DNA from: an uncultured Solirubrobacterales bacterium
GTDB lineage: Bacteria; Actinomycetota; Thermoleophilia; Solirubrobacterales; JBBDJG01
DNA length: 64,000 nucleotides
Reading direction: 5' to 3'
Assembly: GCA_963759145.1 (NCBI GenBank)
Contig: CAVWYB010000017.1
Span: 14,899 to 78,898, forward strand
The notes under the pieces are model-generated. The model saw only the letters and a program-made list of their open reading frames with translations, was not told the DNA's origin and did no database searches. Below, piece by piece: positions 35,105 through 47,638 of the stretch. Each line of letters begins with the position of its first letter. The first letter of the stretch is position 1. A program made the translations under genes and the position numbers.

Positions 35105-36868
35105 GTAGGAACGGTGCCGCCCTGGGCCTCGATCATCGAGGCGTAGCGGCCCCCCAGCTCGAGCAGCTCCTCGTGGCTCCCGAGCTCCGCGACGCGCCCG
35201 GCCTCGAGCACGGCGATCTGCTCGGCGTCGCGCACGGTCGACAGGCGGTGGGCGATCGCGAGCGTCGTCCGTCCCCGCGCGAGCTCGTCGAGCGCGGCCT
35301 GGACCGCGCGCTCCGTCTCGGTGTCGAGTGCGCTCGTGGCCTCGTCGAGGATCAGGATCGGCGGGTCGCGCAGGATCGTGCGCGCGATCGCGATCCGCTG
35401 CTTCTCGCCTCCGGAGAAGCGGTAGCCCCGCTCACCGACCATGGTCTCGTAGCCGTCCGGCAGCGCATCGATCAGGTCGTGGATCTGCGCCGCCCGCGCG
35501 GCCCTCTCGATCTCGTCCTGGGTGGCGGACGGCTTCGCAAAGCGCAGGTTGTCTGCGATCGAGGCGTGGAAGAGGTAGGTCTCCTGCGACACGACGCCCA
35601 CGATCGAGGCGAGCGAGGCGTGACTGAGGTCGCGCACGTCGACGCCGTCGATCGTCACGCGACCCTCCTCGACCTCGTAGAGGCGCGCCAGCAGGTAGGC
35701 GAGGGTGGTCTTCCCCGAGCCGGTCTCGCCGACCACTGCGAGCGTGGTCCCGGGCGGGATCTCGAGGTCGATGTCGCGGAGCGTCCACGGGCCGTCGGGG
35801 TGGTAGCGAAAGCCGACGTGCTCGAACGCGACGGCTCCGCGGACCAGCTCGGGATCGGGCGTGATCGCGCCCTTGCGCTCCTCGATCTCGACCGGCAGCT
35901 CGAGATACTGGAACACACGCTCGAACAGCGCCAGCGAAGCCTGCACGTCGACCCCGACCGACAGCAGCGACTGGATCGGGAAGAGCAGCCTGGTCTGCAG
36001 GGTCGTGAAGGCGACCAGCGTGCCGATCGTGATCGCGGCGCCGCCGTTGGCGATCGTGAGACCCGCGAAGAGATAGATCAGGGCCGGCATCGCGGCGAAG
36101 CTGATCTGCACCGAGGCCATCCGCCAGCGGCCCGCCATGCGCGAGCGGACCTCGAGATCGGCCAGCTCGGCCGACTCGCGCTCGAACCGCTCTGCCAGCT
36201 CGCCGGTGCGGCCCATCGTCTTGCCGAGCAGGATGCCCGAGACCGACAGCGACTCCTCGACCAGGGAGGAGATGTCGGCGAGCCGAGTCTGGCGAACGGC
36301 GGTGATGCGCCGGCGCTCCTCGCCGACCCGCCGCGTCAGCCATACGAAGAACGGCAGCAGGCCGAGCGCGGCGAGCGCGAGGCGCCAGTCGAGCAGGAAC
36401 ATCGCGACCGTGGCCGCCAGGACGGTCGTCACGTTCGAGACGATCGAGGTCGCGGTGCTGGTCACCACGTTCTGGACGCCGCCGATGTCGTTTGCGATCC
36501 GAGACTGGATCTCGCCGGTGCGGGTCTTGGTGAAGAAGGCGAGCGAAAGCCGCTGGAGATGGCGGTAGACGGCGGCCCGCAGGTCGTGCATGACGCGCTG
36601 CCCGACCGTGTTCGAGAGCAGCGTCTGGGCGACGCCAAGCGCGCCCGTGGCGACCGCGATCGCGATCATGCCCGCGACCAGGCCCGCCAGCAGGGTCGTG
36701 TCCTGATGCGGGATCGCCTCGTCGAGGACGGCGCGCAGCAGGAACGGGGAGACCATCCCGAGCGAGGCCGAGATCAGGATCAGGAAGAGCACCGACCCGA
36801 GCCGCACCCGGTAGGGGCGAAAGAGGCCGAGCAGCCGGCGCCGGTCGAGCGCGTGTGTCGCTCAGCAC
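35095..36868 (-). CDS. ABC exporter, fused permease/ATPase
   Basis: ABC TM domain plus [26 protein letters not shown]. Confidence 0.93.
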
Positions 36869-37347
36869 TGGCCCCGCTGCGCCGCCTCTCGGGCGTGCAC
36901 GAATGCCCGGCGAGGCGCTTCGAGGAAGCCGTGGAGCTGATCCCGCTCGGCTCGCGTCGAGTGGCGCGAGCAGCTCCTGCTCGGCCTGGGCCACCGCGCG
37001 CTTGGCCTGCACCAGGCGCGTCTGACCCGAGGGGGTGAGGCCGACCAGGTGCCGGCGCCGGTCCCGCGGATCGCGGGGGCGAACGATCAGGCCGTCGGCC
37101 TCGAGCGCGTCGAGCAGCCCCACGAGGTTGCTGGGATTGATCCCCAGCGCGCCCCCCAGCTCCTGCTGGGAGAGCGGACCCGCCTCGTGGAGGTAATGCA
37201 GCACCGCGAACTCGTTGGTGCGCAGCTCGAGCGCCGCGAGGGCCGCGGTCAGGCGGTAGCCCGTCACCCGCGCCAGCCGGAAGACCAGCATCGCGTGGCC
37301 CGCCGTGGCGGCGGGCCTGGGGCAGTTGTCGACGTAGGTGCTTTCAT
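36862..37347 (-). CDS. MarR-family regulator; frameshifted
   Basis: LSQQELG..INPSNLVGLLDALEADGLIVR..DPRDRR. Confidence 0.88.
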
Positions 37348-37389
37348 TACCCGAGGACTATGGTAGCGGCATAGTATGATGTGTGCCAA

Positions 37390-37405
37390 TATGTTGTTAA
37401 ACATA
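37390..37405. promoter_or_regulatory. AT-rich palindrome, candidate MarR operator between marR and lon
   Basis: TATGTT-GTTA-AACATA inverted repeat in the divergent promoter region. Confidence 0.55.
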
Positions 37406-37440
37406 ACGATTCCTCGGCTACACTTTCTGAAGTATTGGCT

Positions 37441-39753
37441 ATGAGCACTGAAAGAGACCAAATGGAAACCTTGCTGCTAGTCCCCATGGAAGACTCGGTC
37501 GTCTTCCCGGGCATGACGGTCACGCTCGCTCTCGACCTCGAGGACGAGGAACGCGTGCTGCTCGTGCCTCAGAACGACGGCGAATTTGCCGCGGTAGGTA
37601 CCGTGGCCGAGGTCGCCGATCAGATGCGCCTCCCGGGCGGCCTGCGGGCCGTGACCGTGGAGGGCATCGCTCGTGGGATCCCCGGCGCGGCACACACCGA
37701 CGCCGGCGGCACGCTGCGGGTCGAGGTGACCCGCCACGAGGACGAGCGCGCTCGCGGCGACCGCGTGCGCGAGCTCGAGCGCGAGTACCGGGCCGTGGTC
37801 GAGGAGATCCTCGAGCTTCGCGGAGCAGACGCGCGCGTGCGCGCGTTCGTCCGTTCCGTGACGGAGCCGGGCGCCCTCGCCGACACCACCGGCTACTCGC
37901 CCGACATCAGCCACGAGGACAAGATCAAGCTGCTCGAGACGCTCGATGTCACCGAGCGACTCGAGAAGGCCCTGGAGCTGCAGCGGGAGCGGCTCGCGGA
38001 GCTTCAGGTCCGCGTGCGCATCCGCGACGACGTCCAGTCGGGCGCCGAGCAGCAGCAGCGTGAGTACTTCCTGCGCAAGCAGATGGAGTCGATCCGCAAG
38101 GAGCTCGGCGAGGACGAGGGTTCGGTCGTGGACGAGTACCGCACCAAGATCGAAGAGGCCGGCATGCCGGAGGCCGTGCGCGAGCAGGCCGAGAAGGAGC
38201 TCGGGCGGCTGGAGCGGATGGGCGACTCCTCAGGGGAGTCCTCGATGATCCGCACGTACCTGGACTGGCTGGTGGCGCTGCCGTGGTCGAAGCGCTCGGA
38301 GGAGCGGCTCGACCCGGTGCACGCCCGCGAGGTCCTGGACTCCGACCACGCAGGGCTCGAAGACGTCAAGGACCGGATCACGGAATACATCGCGGTGCGC
38401 AAGCTGCGCCGTGAGCGGGGCATGAAGGAGGAGGGACGCGCCGCGGGCGCGATCCTGACCCTCGTGGGACCGCCCGGCACCGGCAAGACCTCGATCGGCG
38501 AGTCGATCGCGAAGGCGACCGGCCGCGAGTTCGTGCGCATGTCGCTCGGCGGCATCCGCGACGAGGCCGAGATCCGCGGTCACCGGCGGACATACATCGG
38601 CGCGCTTCCGGGCCGGCTCGTCCGTGCTCTTCGCGACGCCGGCACGATGAACCCGGTGATCCTGCTGGACGAGGTCGACAAGGTGGGTGCCGACTGGCGG
38701 GGTGACCCCTCGTCGGCGCTGCTCGAGGTGCTGGACCCGGCACAGAACCACTCGTTCCGTGACCACTACCTCGACGTCGAGCTCGACCTGTCGGAGGTCC
38801 TGTTCATCGCGACCGCGAACATGATGGAGACCATCCCCGGGCCGCTGCTCGACCGCATGGAGATAGTGCGGTTCGACGGCTACACGACCGAGGAGAAGGT
38901 GGCGATTGCACGCGGCTACCTGCTCCCGCGCCAGCTGGAGCGCAACGGGCTCCACGAGGCCGAGGTCGAGGTGCCGCAGGACATCCTCCGGAACGTGATC
39001 GTCGAGTACACGCGCGAGGCGGGTGTCCGCAACCTCGAGCGGGAGCTCGGCAAGCTGCTCCGCAAGACCGCGACGAAGCTGGCCGCAGGCCAGGCCGAGG
39101 CGCCGGTCGTGATCGACCTCGCCGCGGTGCGCGAGGGTCTCGGACGTCAGCGCTTCTTCCAGGAGGCGGTCGAGCGGACCGCGGTCCCGGGAGTCGCGAC
39201 CGGGCTGTCCGTGACCGGCGCAGGCGGCGACGTGCTCTTCATCGAGGCAACCTCGATGCCGGGCAAGGAGGGCTTCGTGCTGACCGGCCAGCTGGGCGAC
39301 GTGATGAAGGAGTCGGCGCGGATCGCGCTCTCCTACGTCCGTGGCCACGGCGATGGGCTCGGGATCACGGAGGACCGCTTCGATCACCGCGAGTTCCACC
39401 TGCACGTGCCGGCGGGCGCGATCCCGAAGGACGGCCCGAGCGCCGGCGTCACGATGACGACCGCGCTCGCGTCGCTGCTGACGGGTCGCCCGGTGAGGCA
39501 CAACGTGGGCATGACGGGCGAGGTCACGCTTCAGGGACGGGTGCTGCCGATCGGCGGCCTCAAGCAGAAGGTGCTGGCCGCCCACGCGGCCGGGCTGACC
39601 GACGTGGTCCTGCCCGAGCGCAACCGCGGTGACCTCGACGACGTCCCCGAGGAAGTCCGTGAGCAGATGACCTTCCACCCCGTGATGACGGTGGAAGAGG
39701 TCCTCGACCTGGCGCTCGAGCCGGCGCAGGTCGACCTCGCTCACGCGGCCTAG
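37441..39753 (+). CDS. lon: ATP-dependent Lon protease
   Basis: [24 protein letters not shown] catalytic Ser, GGLKQK. Confidence 0.96.
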   Translation: MSTERDQMETLLLVPMEDSVVFPGMTVTLALDLEDEERVLLVPQNDGEFAAVGTVAEVADQMRLPGGLRAVTVEGIARGIPGAAHTDAGGTLRVEVTRHEDERARGDRVRELEREYRAVVEEILELRGADARVRAFVRSVTEPGALADTTGYSPDISHEDKIKLLETLDVTERLEKALELQRERLAELQVRVRIRDDVQSGAEQQQREYFLRKQMESIRKELGEDEGSVVDEYRTKIEEAGMPEAVREQAEKELGRLERMGDSSGESSMIRTYLDWLVALPWSKRSEERLDPVHAREVLDSDHAGLEDVKDRITEYIAVRKLRRERGMKEEGRAAGAILTLVGPPGTGKTSIGESIAKATGREFVRMSLGGIRDEAEIRGHRRTYIGALPGRLVRALRDAGTMNPVILLDEVDKVGADWRGDPSSALLEVLDPAQNHSFRDHYLDVELDLSEVLFIATANMMETIPGPLLDRMEIVRFDGYTTEEKVAIARGYLLPRQLERNGLHEAEVEVPQDILRNVIVEYTREAGVRNLERELGKLLRKTATKLAAGQAEAPVVIDLAAVREGLGRQRFFQEAVERTAVPGVATGLSVTGAGGDVLFIEATSMPGKEGFVLTGQLGDVMKESARIALSYVRGHGDGLGITEDRFDHREFHLHVPAGAIPKDGPSAGVTMTTALASLLTGRPVRHNVGMTGEVTLQGRVLPIGGLKQKVLAAHAAGLTDVVLPERNRGDLDDVPEEVREQMTFHPVMTVEEVLDLALEPAQVDLAHAA

Positions 39754-39780
39754 AGAACTCCTCCCCCCGGCGGGAACCGG

Positions 39781-41118
39781 TCAGGCGGCGAGCATCTCGA
39801 CCGCCTGGCCGGTCGCCGTTGCGATCGAGTCCGACGTGATCTCGACGAGCTCCTCGAGCACGTCGGGAGCGATCGAGAGGGGTGGCATCAGGACCACCGC
39901 GTCGCCGAGCGGCCGCACGATCGCTCCGCGCGCGCGGGCGGCCACCGCCACCGCGTGCCCCATGCGCAGTGCCGCGTCGTAGCTCTTGCCACTGCGGGGG
40001 TCGGCGGCCAGCTCGATCGCGCACATGAAGCCGCAGCGGCGGACCTCGGCGACGTGGTCCAGCGGCGCGACCAGGTCGTTCAGCAGCTGCTCCAGCAGAT
40101 CGATCTTCGATGCGAGACGCTCGAGCGTGCGCTCCTCCTCGAACACGTCCAGCGTCGCGAGCGCGGCCGCGCAGGCGAGCGGGTTGCCCGTGTAGGTGTG
40201 GCCGTGGAAGAACGTCCGGAAGTCGTCGAAGTCGCCCAGGAAGCCCTCGTAGACACGGTCGGTCGTAAGGGTCGCCGCCAGCGGCAGATAGCCCCCGCTG
40301 AGACCCTTCGCGAGACACAGGAAGTCCGGCACGACCTCCTCCTGCTCGCACGCGAACATCGTTCCGGTCCGCCCGAAGCCCGTCGCGACCTCGTCGCAGA
40401 TCAGGAAGACGTCGTGCGCGTCGCACAGCTCCTTCACCGCCCGGAGATAGCCGGGCGGCTGCAGCAGCATCCCGGCGGCACCCTGCACGAGGGGCTCCAT
40501 CACGACTGCCGCGATCTTGCCGGCCGATCCCGCGAGCACCCGGTCGAGCGCGACCGCGTCGCCGGCCGGCACCTCGAGGGCGCCGAACAGGAGCGGCCCG
40601 TAAACCGAGTGGAAGAGCTCGATGCCGCCCACCGACACGGCGCCCACGGTGTCGCCGTGGTAGGCGTTCTCGAGGCGCACGAACGTGGTGCGCCCGGGCC
40701 GGGGATCCGGCGCCTGCTGCCAGTACTGGTAGGCCATCTTGAGCGCCACCTCGACGGCGGTCGAGCCGCTGTCGGAGTAGAAGACCCGGGTAAGCGGCCC
40801 GGGCGTGGGCGCGCTCGCGCCGGGAGCGATCGCCACCAGGCGGCGGGCCAGCTCCTCGGCGCCTGGGTGCGAGAGCCCGAGCATCGTCGAGTGCGCGACC
40901 CGGTCGAGCTGGTCCCGAACGGCGCGGTCGATCCGCGGATGCCGGTGACCGTGGACGTTGCACCACAGAGACGAGATCCCGTCGATGTAGCGCCGGCCGT
41001 TCGCGTCCACGAGGAACTCCCCGTCGCCCGAGACGATCATGGGCGCGCGCTCGCCCGGCCACTCCTGCATCTGGGTGAAGGGGTGCCAGACGTGGGACTC
41101 GGCATGGCGGGTCGGCAT
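39781..41118 (-). CDS. bioA: Adenosylmethionine-8-amino-7-oxononanoate transaminase
   Basis: [46 protein letters not shown]. Confidence 0.95.
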   Translation of the reverse strand: MPTRHAESHVWHPFTQMQEWPGERAPMIVSGDGEFLVDANGRRYIDGISSLWCNVHGHRHPRIDRAVRDQLDRVAHSTMLGLSHPGAEELARRLVAIAPGASAPTPGPLTRVFYSDSGSTAVEVALKMAYQYWQQAPDPRPGRTTFVRLENAYHGDTVGAVSVGGIELFHSVYGPLLFGALEVPAGDAVALDRVLAGSAGKIAAVVMEPLVQGAAGMLLQPPGYLRAVKELCDAHDVFLICDEVATGFGRTGTMFACEQEEVVPDFLCLAKGLSGGYLPLAATLTTDRVYEGFLGDFDDFRTFFHGHTYTGNPLACAAALATLDVFEEERTLERLASKIDLLEQLLNDLVAPLDHVAEVRRCGFMCAIELAADPRSGKSYDAALRMGHAVAVAARARGAIVRPLGDAVVLMPPLSIAPDVLEELVEITSDSIATATGQAVEMLAA

Positions 41119-41153
41119 CCGCGCGATGGTAGCCTCGCCAAAGGTCGGAACCC

Positions 41154-42649
41154 GTGCGCGACTTTCCTCCTCTTGGGCTCCTCGTCTTCGCCGTCGGCGC
41201 AGCGTCGCTCGGCGCGGAGATCGCGGCTGCGCGGCTGCTCGCGCCGTTCTTCGGCGCGTCCACGATCGTGTGGGCGAACACGATCGGGATCGTGCTCGTG
41301 TCGCTGTCGGTGGGCTACTGGCTCGGCGGCCGGTTCGCGGACCGGCATCCGGTCAAGGAAGGCCTCTGCGCGCTCGTCCTGATCGCCGCGCTCGCGGTCG
41401 CGGTCGTGCCCTTCGCGGCGGATCCCTTCCTCGACGTGTCCGTGAAGGCGCTCGACGACCTGTCCGCCGGCGCCTTCATCGGATCGCTGCTGGCCGTGAC
41501 GGTCCTGATCGGTCCCCCGGTGGTGCTGCTCGGGGCGGTGTCCCCTTACGCGGTCCGGCTCGCCGTGAGCACCGTGGAGGAGAGCGGGTCGGTCGCGGGC
41601 CGCATGTACGCGATCTCGACCGCCGGCAGCCTGGCCGGCACCTTCGCCTCGGCGCTGGCCCTGATCCCGCTCATCGGGACGCGGCGCACCTTCATCTTCT
41701 TCGGGCTGCTCTGCGCCGTGGTCGCCGTCGGCGGGGTGCGGCGGAGGTTGGCGGTGGCGGTGCCGGCCACGATTCTCCTGCTGGCGGCACTGCCCGTCGG
41801 CACGATCAAGGGCAGCGAGGACGCGCGCGTGCTCGAGGAGGCCGAGACCCGTCATCAGTACGCGCGCGTGGTCGAGGATCCGGACGGAGAGCGGAAGCTC
41901 GAGCTCAACGAGGGGCAGGCGGTCCACTCTCTGTATCGCCCCGGCTCCTTCCTCACGGGTGACTACTGGGACGGTTTCCTGGTGCTGCCCGTTCGCGGCC
42001 CGCGAGCGGGCGCCGGGCAAGGTCGCGATCCTCGGCAACGCCGCGGGCACGACGGCCCGCGCGATGGGCCACTTCTTCCCCGGCGCGAGCGTCGACGCGG
42101 TCGAGATCGACAGCGAGCTCACGCGACTCGGACGTCGCTGGTTCGACCTGCGCAACCCACGCATGACCGTCCACCACGAGGATGCACGCCCGTTCCTGCG
42201 GCGAAGCGAGGGCGGCTACGACTCGATCTTCGTGGACGTCTACCGCCAGCCGTACATCCCCTTCTACCTCACCACGCGCGAGTTCTTCGCGCTCGCCCGC
42301 GACAGGCTCCGCCCCGGCGGCTCGGTGGTCGTGAACGTCGGCCACCCCGAGGGCCAGGACAAGCTCGAGAAGGCCCTCACGGCGACCATGAGGACCGCCT
42401 TCCCGAGCGTCGCGCGTGACCCCGTAGAGGACACGAACACGCTGCTCGTCGCCTCGCAGAGCCTCTCCCGGCCGAGGCTCGTGGATGCCGCCGGCCGCCT
42501 GCCGGCCGCGCTTACGCCGGTGGCGCGCGCGTCCGCCGCGCGGCTGGCGCCCCCGCTGACGGGCGGGCCGGTCTACACGGACGACCGCGCCCCGGTCGAG
42601 TGGCTCGTGGACAGGTCGATCGTGGACTACGCGGCCGTCGGGCGACTAG
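41154..42649 (+). CDS. Fused membrane domain/spermidine synthase-like protein; frameshift ~41990
   Basis: N-terminal TM helices (RLLAPFFGAS..W), then ILGNAAG, VEID, EDAR, YTDDRAPVE. Confidence 0.85.
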
Positions 42650-42658
42650 GGTCACCCC

Positions 42659-43485
42659 GTGGCAGCAGACGGGCGCAGGCGCTTCGACGGACGGGTCGTG
42701 GTCGTGACGGGTGGCGGCTCTGGGCTCGGCGAGGCCATGTGCAGCGCCTTCGCGCGGGAGGGCGGGCGCGTCGCGGTGCTCGACATCAAGGAGCCGGCGG
42801 CGAGGCAGGTGGCTGAGAGCTGTGACGGAGAGGCGCGGGGCTACGCGTGCGACGTGGCCGACCCGGCGGCGGTTCGTGAGACCTTCGCTGCGCTCGACGG
42901 CGATCTGGGCCCGGTCGAGGTGCTCGTGAACAACGCCGGCATCGCCCGCCGCGACCAGGCGGCGCAGGACCGGATGCTGGCCGAGATCGAGGGCGCCCTG
43001 AGCGGCGGCGAGCGGCAGTCCCTCGGCACCACCAGCTTCTCTGTCCGATGAGCTTTGGGACCGCATGATCAGGGTGCACCTCTACGGCGCTTTCCACTGC
43101 ACGCGCGAGGCGCTCAAGACGATGGAGCAGCACGGGCGGGGGGCGATCGTGAACATGTCTTCGGTGGCGGCGCTCCAGGGCCTCCCGGGCGCGCCCGACT
43201 ACTCGGCGGCCAAGGGTGCGCTGATCGGGTTCACGAAGAGCGTCGCGCGGGAGGTGATCGGGTCGGGCATCCGCGTGAACGCGATCGCACCGGGCTGGAT
43301 CCGTACGCCGATGGTGCACCGAGGAGATCGACCCGCGCCTGCTGCCGCTCCTGCTCGCGCAGGTGCCGGCGGGCACGATGGGCGAGCCCGAGCACATCGC
43401 CGCGCTGGCGCTGCATCTCTGCTCCGACGAGGCGGGCTACACCACCGGCCAGGTCGTGAGCCCGAACGGCGGCCTGTACACCTGA
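42659..43485 (+). CDS. Short-chain dehydrogenase/reductase; frameshifted
   Basis: [23 protein letters not shown]. Confidence 0.92.
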
Positions 43486-43489
43486 ATTT

Positions 43490-43516
43490 GAAGGGCTCGC
43501 CGGTGGCGAGCCCTTC
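43490..43516. terminator. Intrinsic terminator hairpin between convergent genes
   Basis: Perfect 12-bp stem GAAGGGCTCGCC-GGT-GGCGAGCCCTTC. Confidence 0.8.
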
Positions 43517-43545
43517 GGTCATTTCCGGTTCGGTCGAGCGGGGTC

Positions 43546-44278
43546 CTACGGACCGGCGCACTGACCTTCCGGCGCGGGCGAACAGGTTCGCCGCGGCGGT
43601 AAACGGCTGGGTGTTCAGCCTGCAGTCGATCGAGCTGTTCGCCGCCGTACCGATGTTGCCCTCGACGGACTTTTCAGCCGGGCCCTTGTTGAAGCTGACC
43701 TCGAGCTGCCTCTCGATCGTGTTGCCGCTGACGACCAGCTCCACGTCCACGAAGTTGGCCGCCACCGTGGCGCTCCGGGCCGAGTTGCCGGCGCAGCCGA
43801 CCGCGAGTGGAGCGCCGACCAGGATGTCGGTGCCGCTGAACAGCACGTTGATGTCCCTCCCCACGGTCATGCCGCAGACGTTCACCCTGCCGGCCCTGGA
43901 TGCGGGCGTGCCGAGCACGTTCGCCGACCCGCCGATCGAGCTGTCGAACAGGAACACGTTGTCCGTCAAAAGGGTCGTGATGCTGCCGCCGACGGTCGAC
44001 CCGTCGTGGATGAACACCGTGTCCCCGAGCAGCGAGGTGATGCCACCTGAGGTGTCCGAGTTGTTGGACTCGAAATAGGCGCCCCGCTTGACGATCACGT
44101 TGCCGTTCACCTGCGAGTCGACCAGGATGCAGACGCCATCGTTCGGCACCACGATGCTGTCGAATGTCGCCCCTGTAAACGTCCCGTCACAGGTCTGCGT
44201 ACCGCTCGCGGCGGCCGTGGTCGCCAATGAGAGCATGGCGATCGCGACTACAGCGAAGGCGAAAAGCGCTTTCTTCAT
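43546..44278 (-). CDS. Secreted hypothetical protein, beta-solenoid-like
   Basis: [19 protein letters not shown] signal peptide, repeated (V/I)GG(S/N)(I/V) units, Cys pairs; ends EGQCAGP-stop after one indel. Confidence 0.7.
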
Positions 44279-44390
44279 ACGGCCTCCCCCGTTTGAGATG
44301 CCTGTCGTCGCTGGCGCGACACAAGCTTGAACCCCTGCCGAGGAACTCGACAAGCCTGCCGCGCGAACTATGCAAGCGTGCCGGAGGCTG

Positions 44391-45126
44391 TCAAGTCTCC
44401 GGGATCGGCTGCAACTTTTCTTCCAACCCGGCCGGTTCGCCGACCCATCGCTCGGCGGGGATTGCGCGTACGGGGCCCACGCCGTATGCGATCTCGACGC
44501 GGGGGAGCCCAAAGGTCTCGACCTCGCCGAGCGACTCGATCGTGCGTCTGTTCGAGCGTTCGGCAGCGGGCGGGAAGCGGCTCCAGGGGGTGAACACCAC
44601 CGCCGCCACCTCGAGCCCCACCGCCCGAGCGCACGCGATCGTCATCAGCGTGTGGTTGATCGTGCCGAGGCCGGGGCGCGCGGCGATCACCAGCGGCAGG
44701 CCGAGCTCGACCGCGAAGTCGCGCACGAGGTAGCTGCTGGACAGCGGGACGAGCAGCCCGCCGACGCCCTCGACCACCAGCACGTCCGCGTTCGCTGCGG
44801 CGGCCTCGGCTCCCGCCACGCAGGTGCGGCCGGCGCGATCTCGATGCCGACGAGCTCGGCCGCCAGGTGCGGTGAGACGCGCGGGCCCGAAGCGGTAGGG
44901 CGAGACTGCCTCGGCGGTCTGCGGCGAGTGGGCCGATCGCGGCAGGAGCTCGTGGTCGGGCAGCACGTCGTGCAGCTCCGCGAGGCCGGTGACGGCCGGC
45001 TTGAAGATGGCCACCCGCTCGCCGCGCGCGGCCAGCGTGGCGGCGATGGCGCACGCGACGACGGTCTTGCCGACCTCGGTGCCGGTGCCCGTGACGAAGA
45101 GCGCCCGGCGCTACGGTGACCGGCAT
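44391..45126 (-). CDS. bioD: Dethiobiotin synthase; frameshifted
   Basis: FVTGTGTEVGKT, FKPAVTG, VEGVGGLLVP, LGTINHT. Confidence 0.92.
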
Positions 45127-45145
45127 CGCATCGTGCGTGCGGCGA

Positions 45146-46393
45146 TCAAGCGGCGCGCTCGAACGCGGGCTCGTCGAGCTCGCGCGTCGTACAGGAAGAG
45201 CTCGCCCGCACCGGGCTCGAGCCGGCCCGGCTCCGCGCCGGCCTCGCTCGCCGCCGCCGCGAGCTGCTGCGCCGCCCAGCGAGCTCCGCCGGGCGTGTGG
45301 GTGGCCATCGCGGCGAGCCGCAGCCGCGCCGTGCCCGCCGGCACGGTGGGCGGCCGGATCGCCTGCGCGAACACACCCCGGCGAGGGCGCGCTCGCAGAC
45401 GTCGAGCGCCAGCTCCGGGTCGCCGACGCACCAGCGGCACGATCTGCGTCTCGCCGGCCGGCAGGCTGAAGCCCTCCTCGGCGAGCGTGTCGCGAAGCAC
45501 GCGCGCGTTGCGCCGCAGGCGCTCGACCTGGCGGGGCTCCGAGCGCAGCAGCTCCAGCGCCGCCAGCGCCGCGGCGACGGAGGGCGGGGGCGGCCCGGTC
45601 GAGAAGATCAGCGTGCGCGCGGTGTTGACGAGGTAGCTCGCCGTCTCCGCGTCGCAGCAGGCATAGGCGCCATAGCCGCCGAGCGCCTTGCCGAGCGTGC
45701 CGACGATCACGTCGACCTCTCCCTCGAGCCCCGCGGCCGCGACGCTGCCCCGGCCGCCCGGCCCGAGCGCGCCGGTCGCGTGCGCCTCGTCCACCATCAC
45801 GCGCGCGTCGTAGCGGCGGGCCAGCTCGACGATCTCCGCGAGCGGCGCGACGTCGCCGTCCATCGAGAAGACGCCGTCGGTGACGATCAGGCTGCCGCGG
45901 CCGCGCGCTTCGTGCAGGCCCCATTCGAGGTGCTCGGTGTCGAGGTGGTCGTAGACGAACGTCTCGGCGCGCGCCAGGCGGCAGCCGTCGATGATGCTCG
46001 CGTGGTTGAGCGCGTCGGAGAAGACGACGTCGCCCTCCCGCGCGAGCGCCGAGATCACGCCCGTGTTGGCGAGGTAGCCCGAGCCGAACAGCACACAGCG
46101 CTCCGTGCCCTTGAAGTCGGCGAGCCGCTCCTCGAGCCGCCGGTGCAAGCGTCATGTTGCCCGAGACCAGCCGCGAGGCGCCCGCGCCGACGCCGTAGCG
46201 CATCGCCGCCTCCGCCGCGGCCGTCGCGCACGCGCGGGTGGTCGGCGAAGCCGAGGTAGTTGTTCGAGCAGAGCAGCAGGACGCGCCGGCCGTCGAGCAG
46301 CACCCGCGGTCCCTGTGGACCGGAGACCATCCTCATCCGGCGGTAGAGGCCCCGGTCTCGAAGCTCCTCGAGGCGCTGGCCCATCTCGCTCAT
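45146..46393 (-). CDS. bioF: 8-amino-7-oxononanoate synthase; frameshifted
   Basis: [46 protein letters not shown]. Confidence 0.92.
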
Positions 46394-46414
46394 CGGCGCG
46401 GGCCAGAGTATTCG

Positions 46415-47587
46415 TCAGTCGCCCCAGCCGGCCGCGTCGGCGACAGCCTGTGCGTCGTCCTCCGGGGACCGCGTCGGATAGGCGGGCGGCTTGCTCTTGC
46501 TGCGCAGGCGCAGCTGGGTGGCGGGATTCCAGAAGTTCGCCTCGTCCTGGCGGTCGACGAAGTCGTCGATCGGCGTCTCCGGCGGCTCGCCGTCGAGCCA
46601 GCCGGAGCGGTTGTCGGGCCGCGGGTTGGCGCCGTTGTCGTCCTGGCGGGCGACGTTCAGGCCGAGCTCCTCGAACATCGCGCGGTCGTCCTCGGGCTCG
46701 GAGCCGAGCGTCGTGAGGAAGTTGCCCATCATGACGCCGTTCAGGCCGGCCTTGACGGCCAGCGGCTGCAGGTCTCCGAGGTTCTCGACGCGGCCGCCGC
46801 AGAGCCGGAACAGGGCCGCCGGCAGGATCAGGCGGAAGATCGCGATGAACTTGACCGCGTCCCAGGGGTCGATCAGCTCGCGGTCGCCGAACTTGGTCCC
46901 GGGGCGCGGGTTCGAGCAGGTTGATCGGCACGCTGGTGGGGTCGAGCTCCGCCAGCTCGAAGGCCATCTCGATCCGCTGGCGCGGCGACTCGCCGAGGTT
47001 GAGGATGCCGCCGACGCAGGTCTCCAGCCCGGCCTCGCGCACCGCCTGGATCGTGCGGATGCGGCCCTCGTAGCGGACCGTCGTCGAGACCTCGTCGTAG
47101 TAGCTGCGCGCGGTCTCGACGTTGTGGTGCACGCGCTGGATGCCCGCGTCCTTGAGCTCGCGCGCGCGGTCGGGCGACATGTGGCCGATCGAGGCGCAGC
47201 GCTTGAGGTTCGTGTGCTCGGCGACGAGCCGCGCGCCCTCGAGCACCTTCTCGAAGTCGCGCTTCGAGAGGCCCTGGCCCTGGGTGACCATGCAGAAGCG
47301 GTGTGCGCCGGCGGCCTCGGCCGCCCGCGCGTGCTCGAGGATCTGGTCCGGCTCCATCATCGCGTGCATCGGCGTCTCGGCGTCCGCGTACTTCGACTGC
47401 GCGCAGAAGCCGCAGTCCTCTGCGCAGCCGCCGCTCTTCGCGTTCACCAGCGAGCACATGTCGGTCGACTCGCCGAAGTTGTCCTGCCGCACCTGCCAGG
47501 CGAGCTCGACGAGCCGCTCGATGTCCGCGTGGTCGCGTGAGCTCGGCGAGCTCGACGCGCCTCCTCGAAGGTGATCAGGGAGGGCAT
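46415..47587 (-). CDS. bioB: Biotin synthase (radical SAM); frameshifted
   Basis: NAKSGGCAEDCGFCAQS, HNVET, SVPIN, GNFLTT. Confidence 0.93.
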
Positions 47588-47638
47588 TCGGCGCCAGCGT
47601 AGGCAGGCGCCCGGACGGCAGCCGCCGCCGGGTTCGGG

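Noticed and set aside
35432-37291. 619-aa ORF suggesting a MarR-ABC fusion
   Set aside because: Read-through caused by indels; the downstream part is an off-frame translation of the ABC gene.
37436-37462. Possible HAIR (HspR) box at lon
   Set aside because: ATGAGC...GACCAA does not fit CTTGAGT-N7-ACTCAAG in sequence or spacing.
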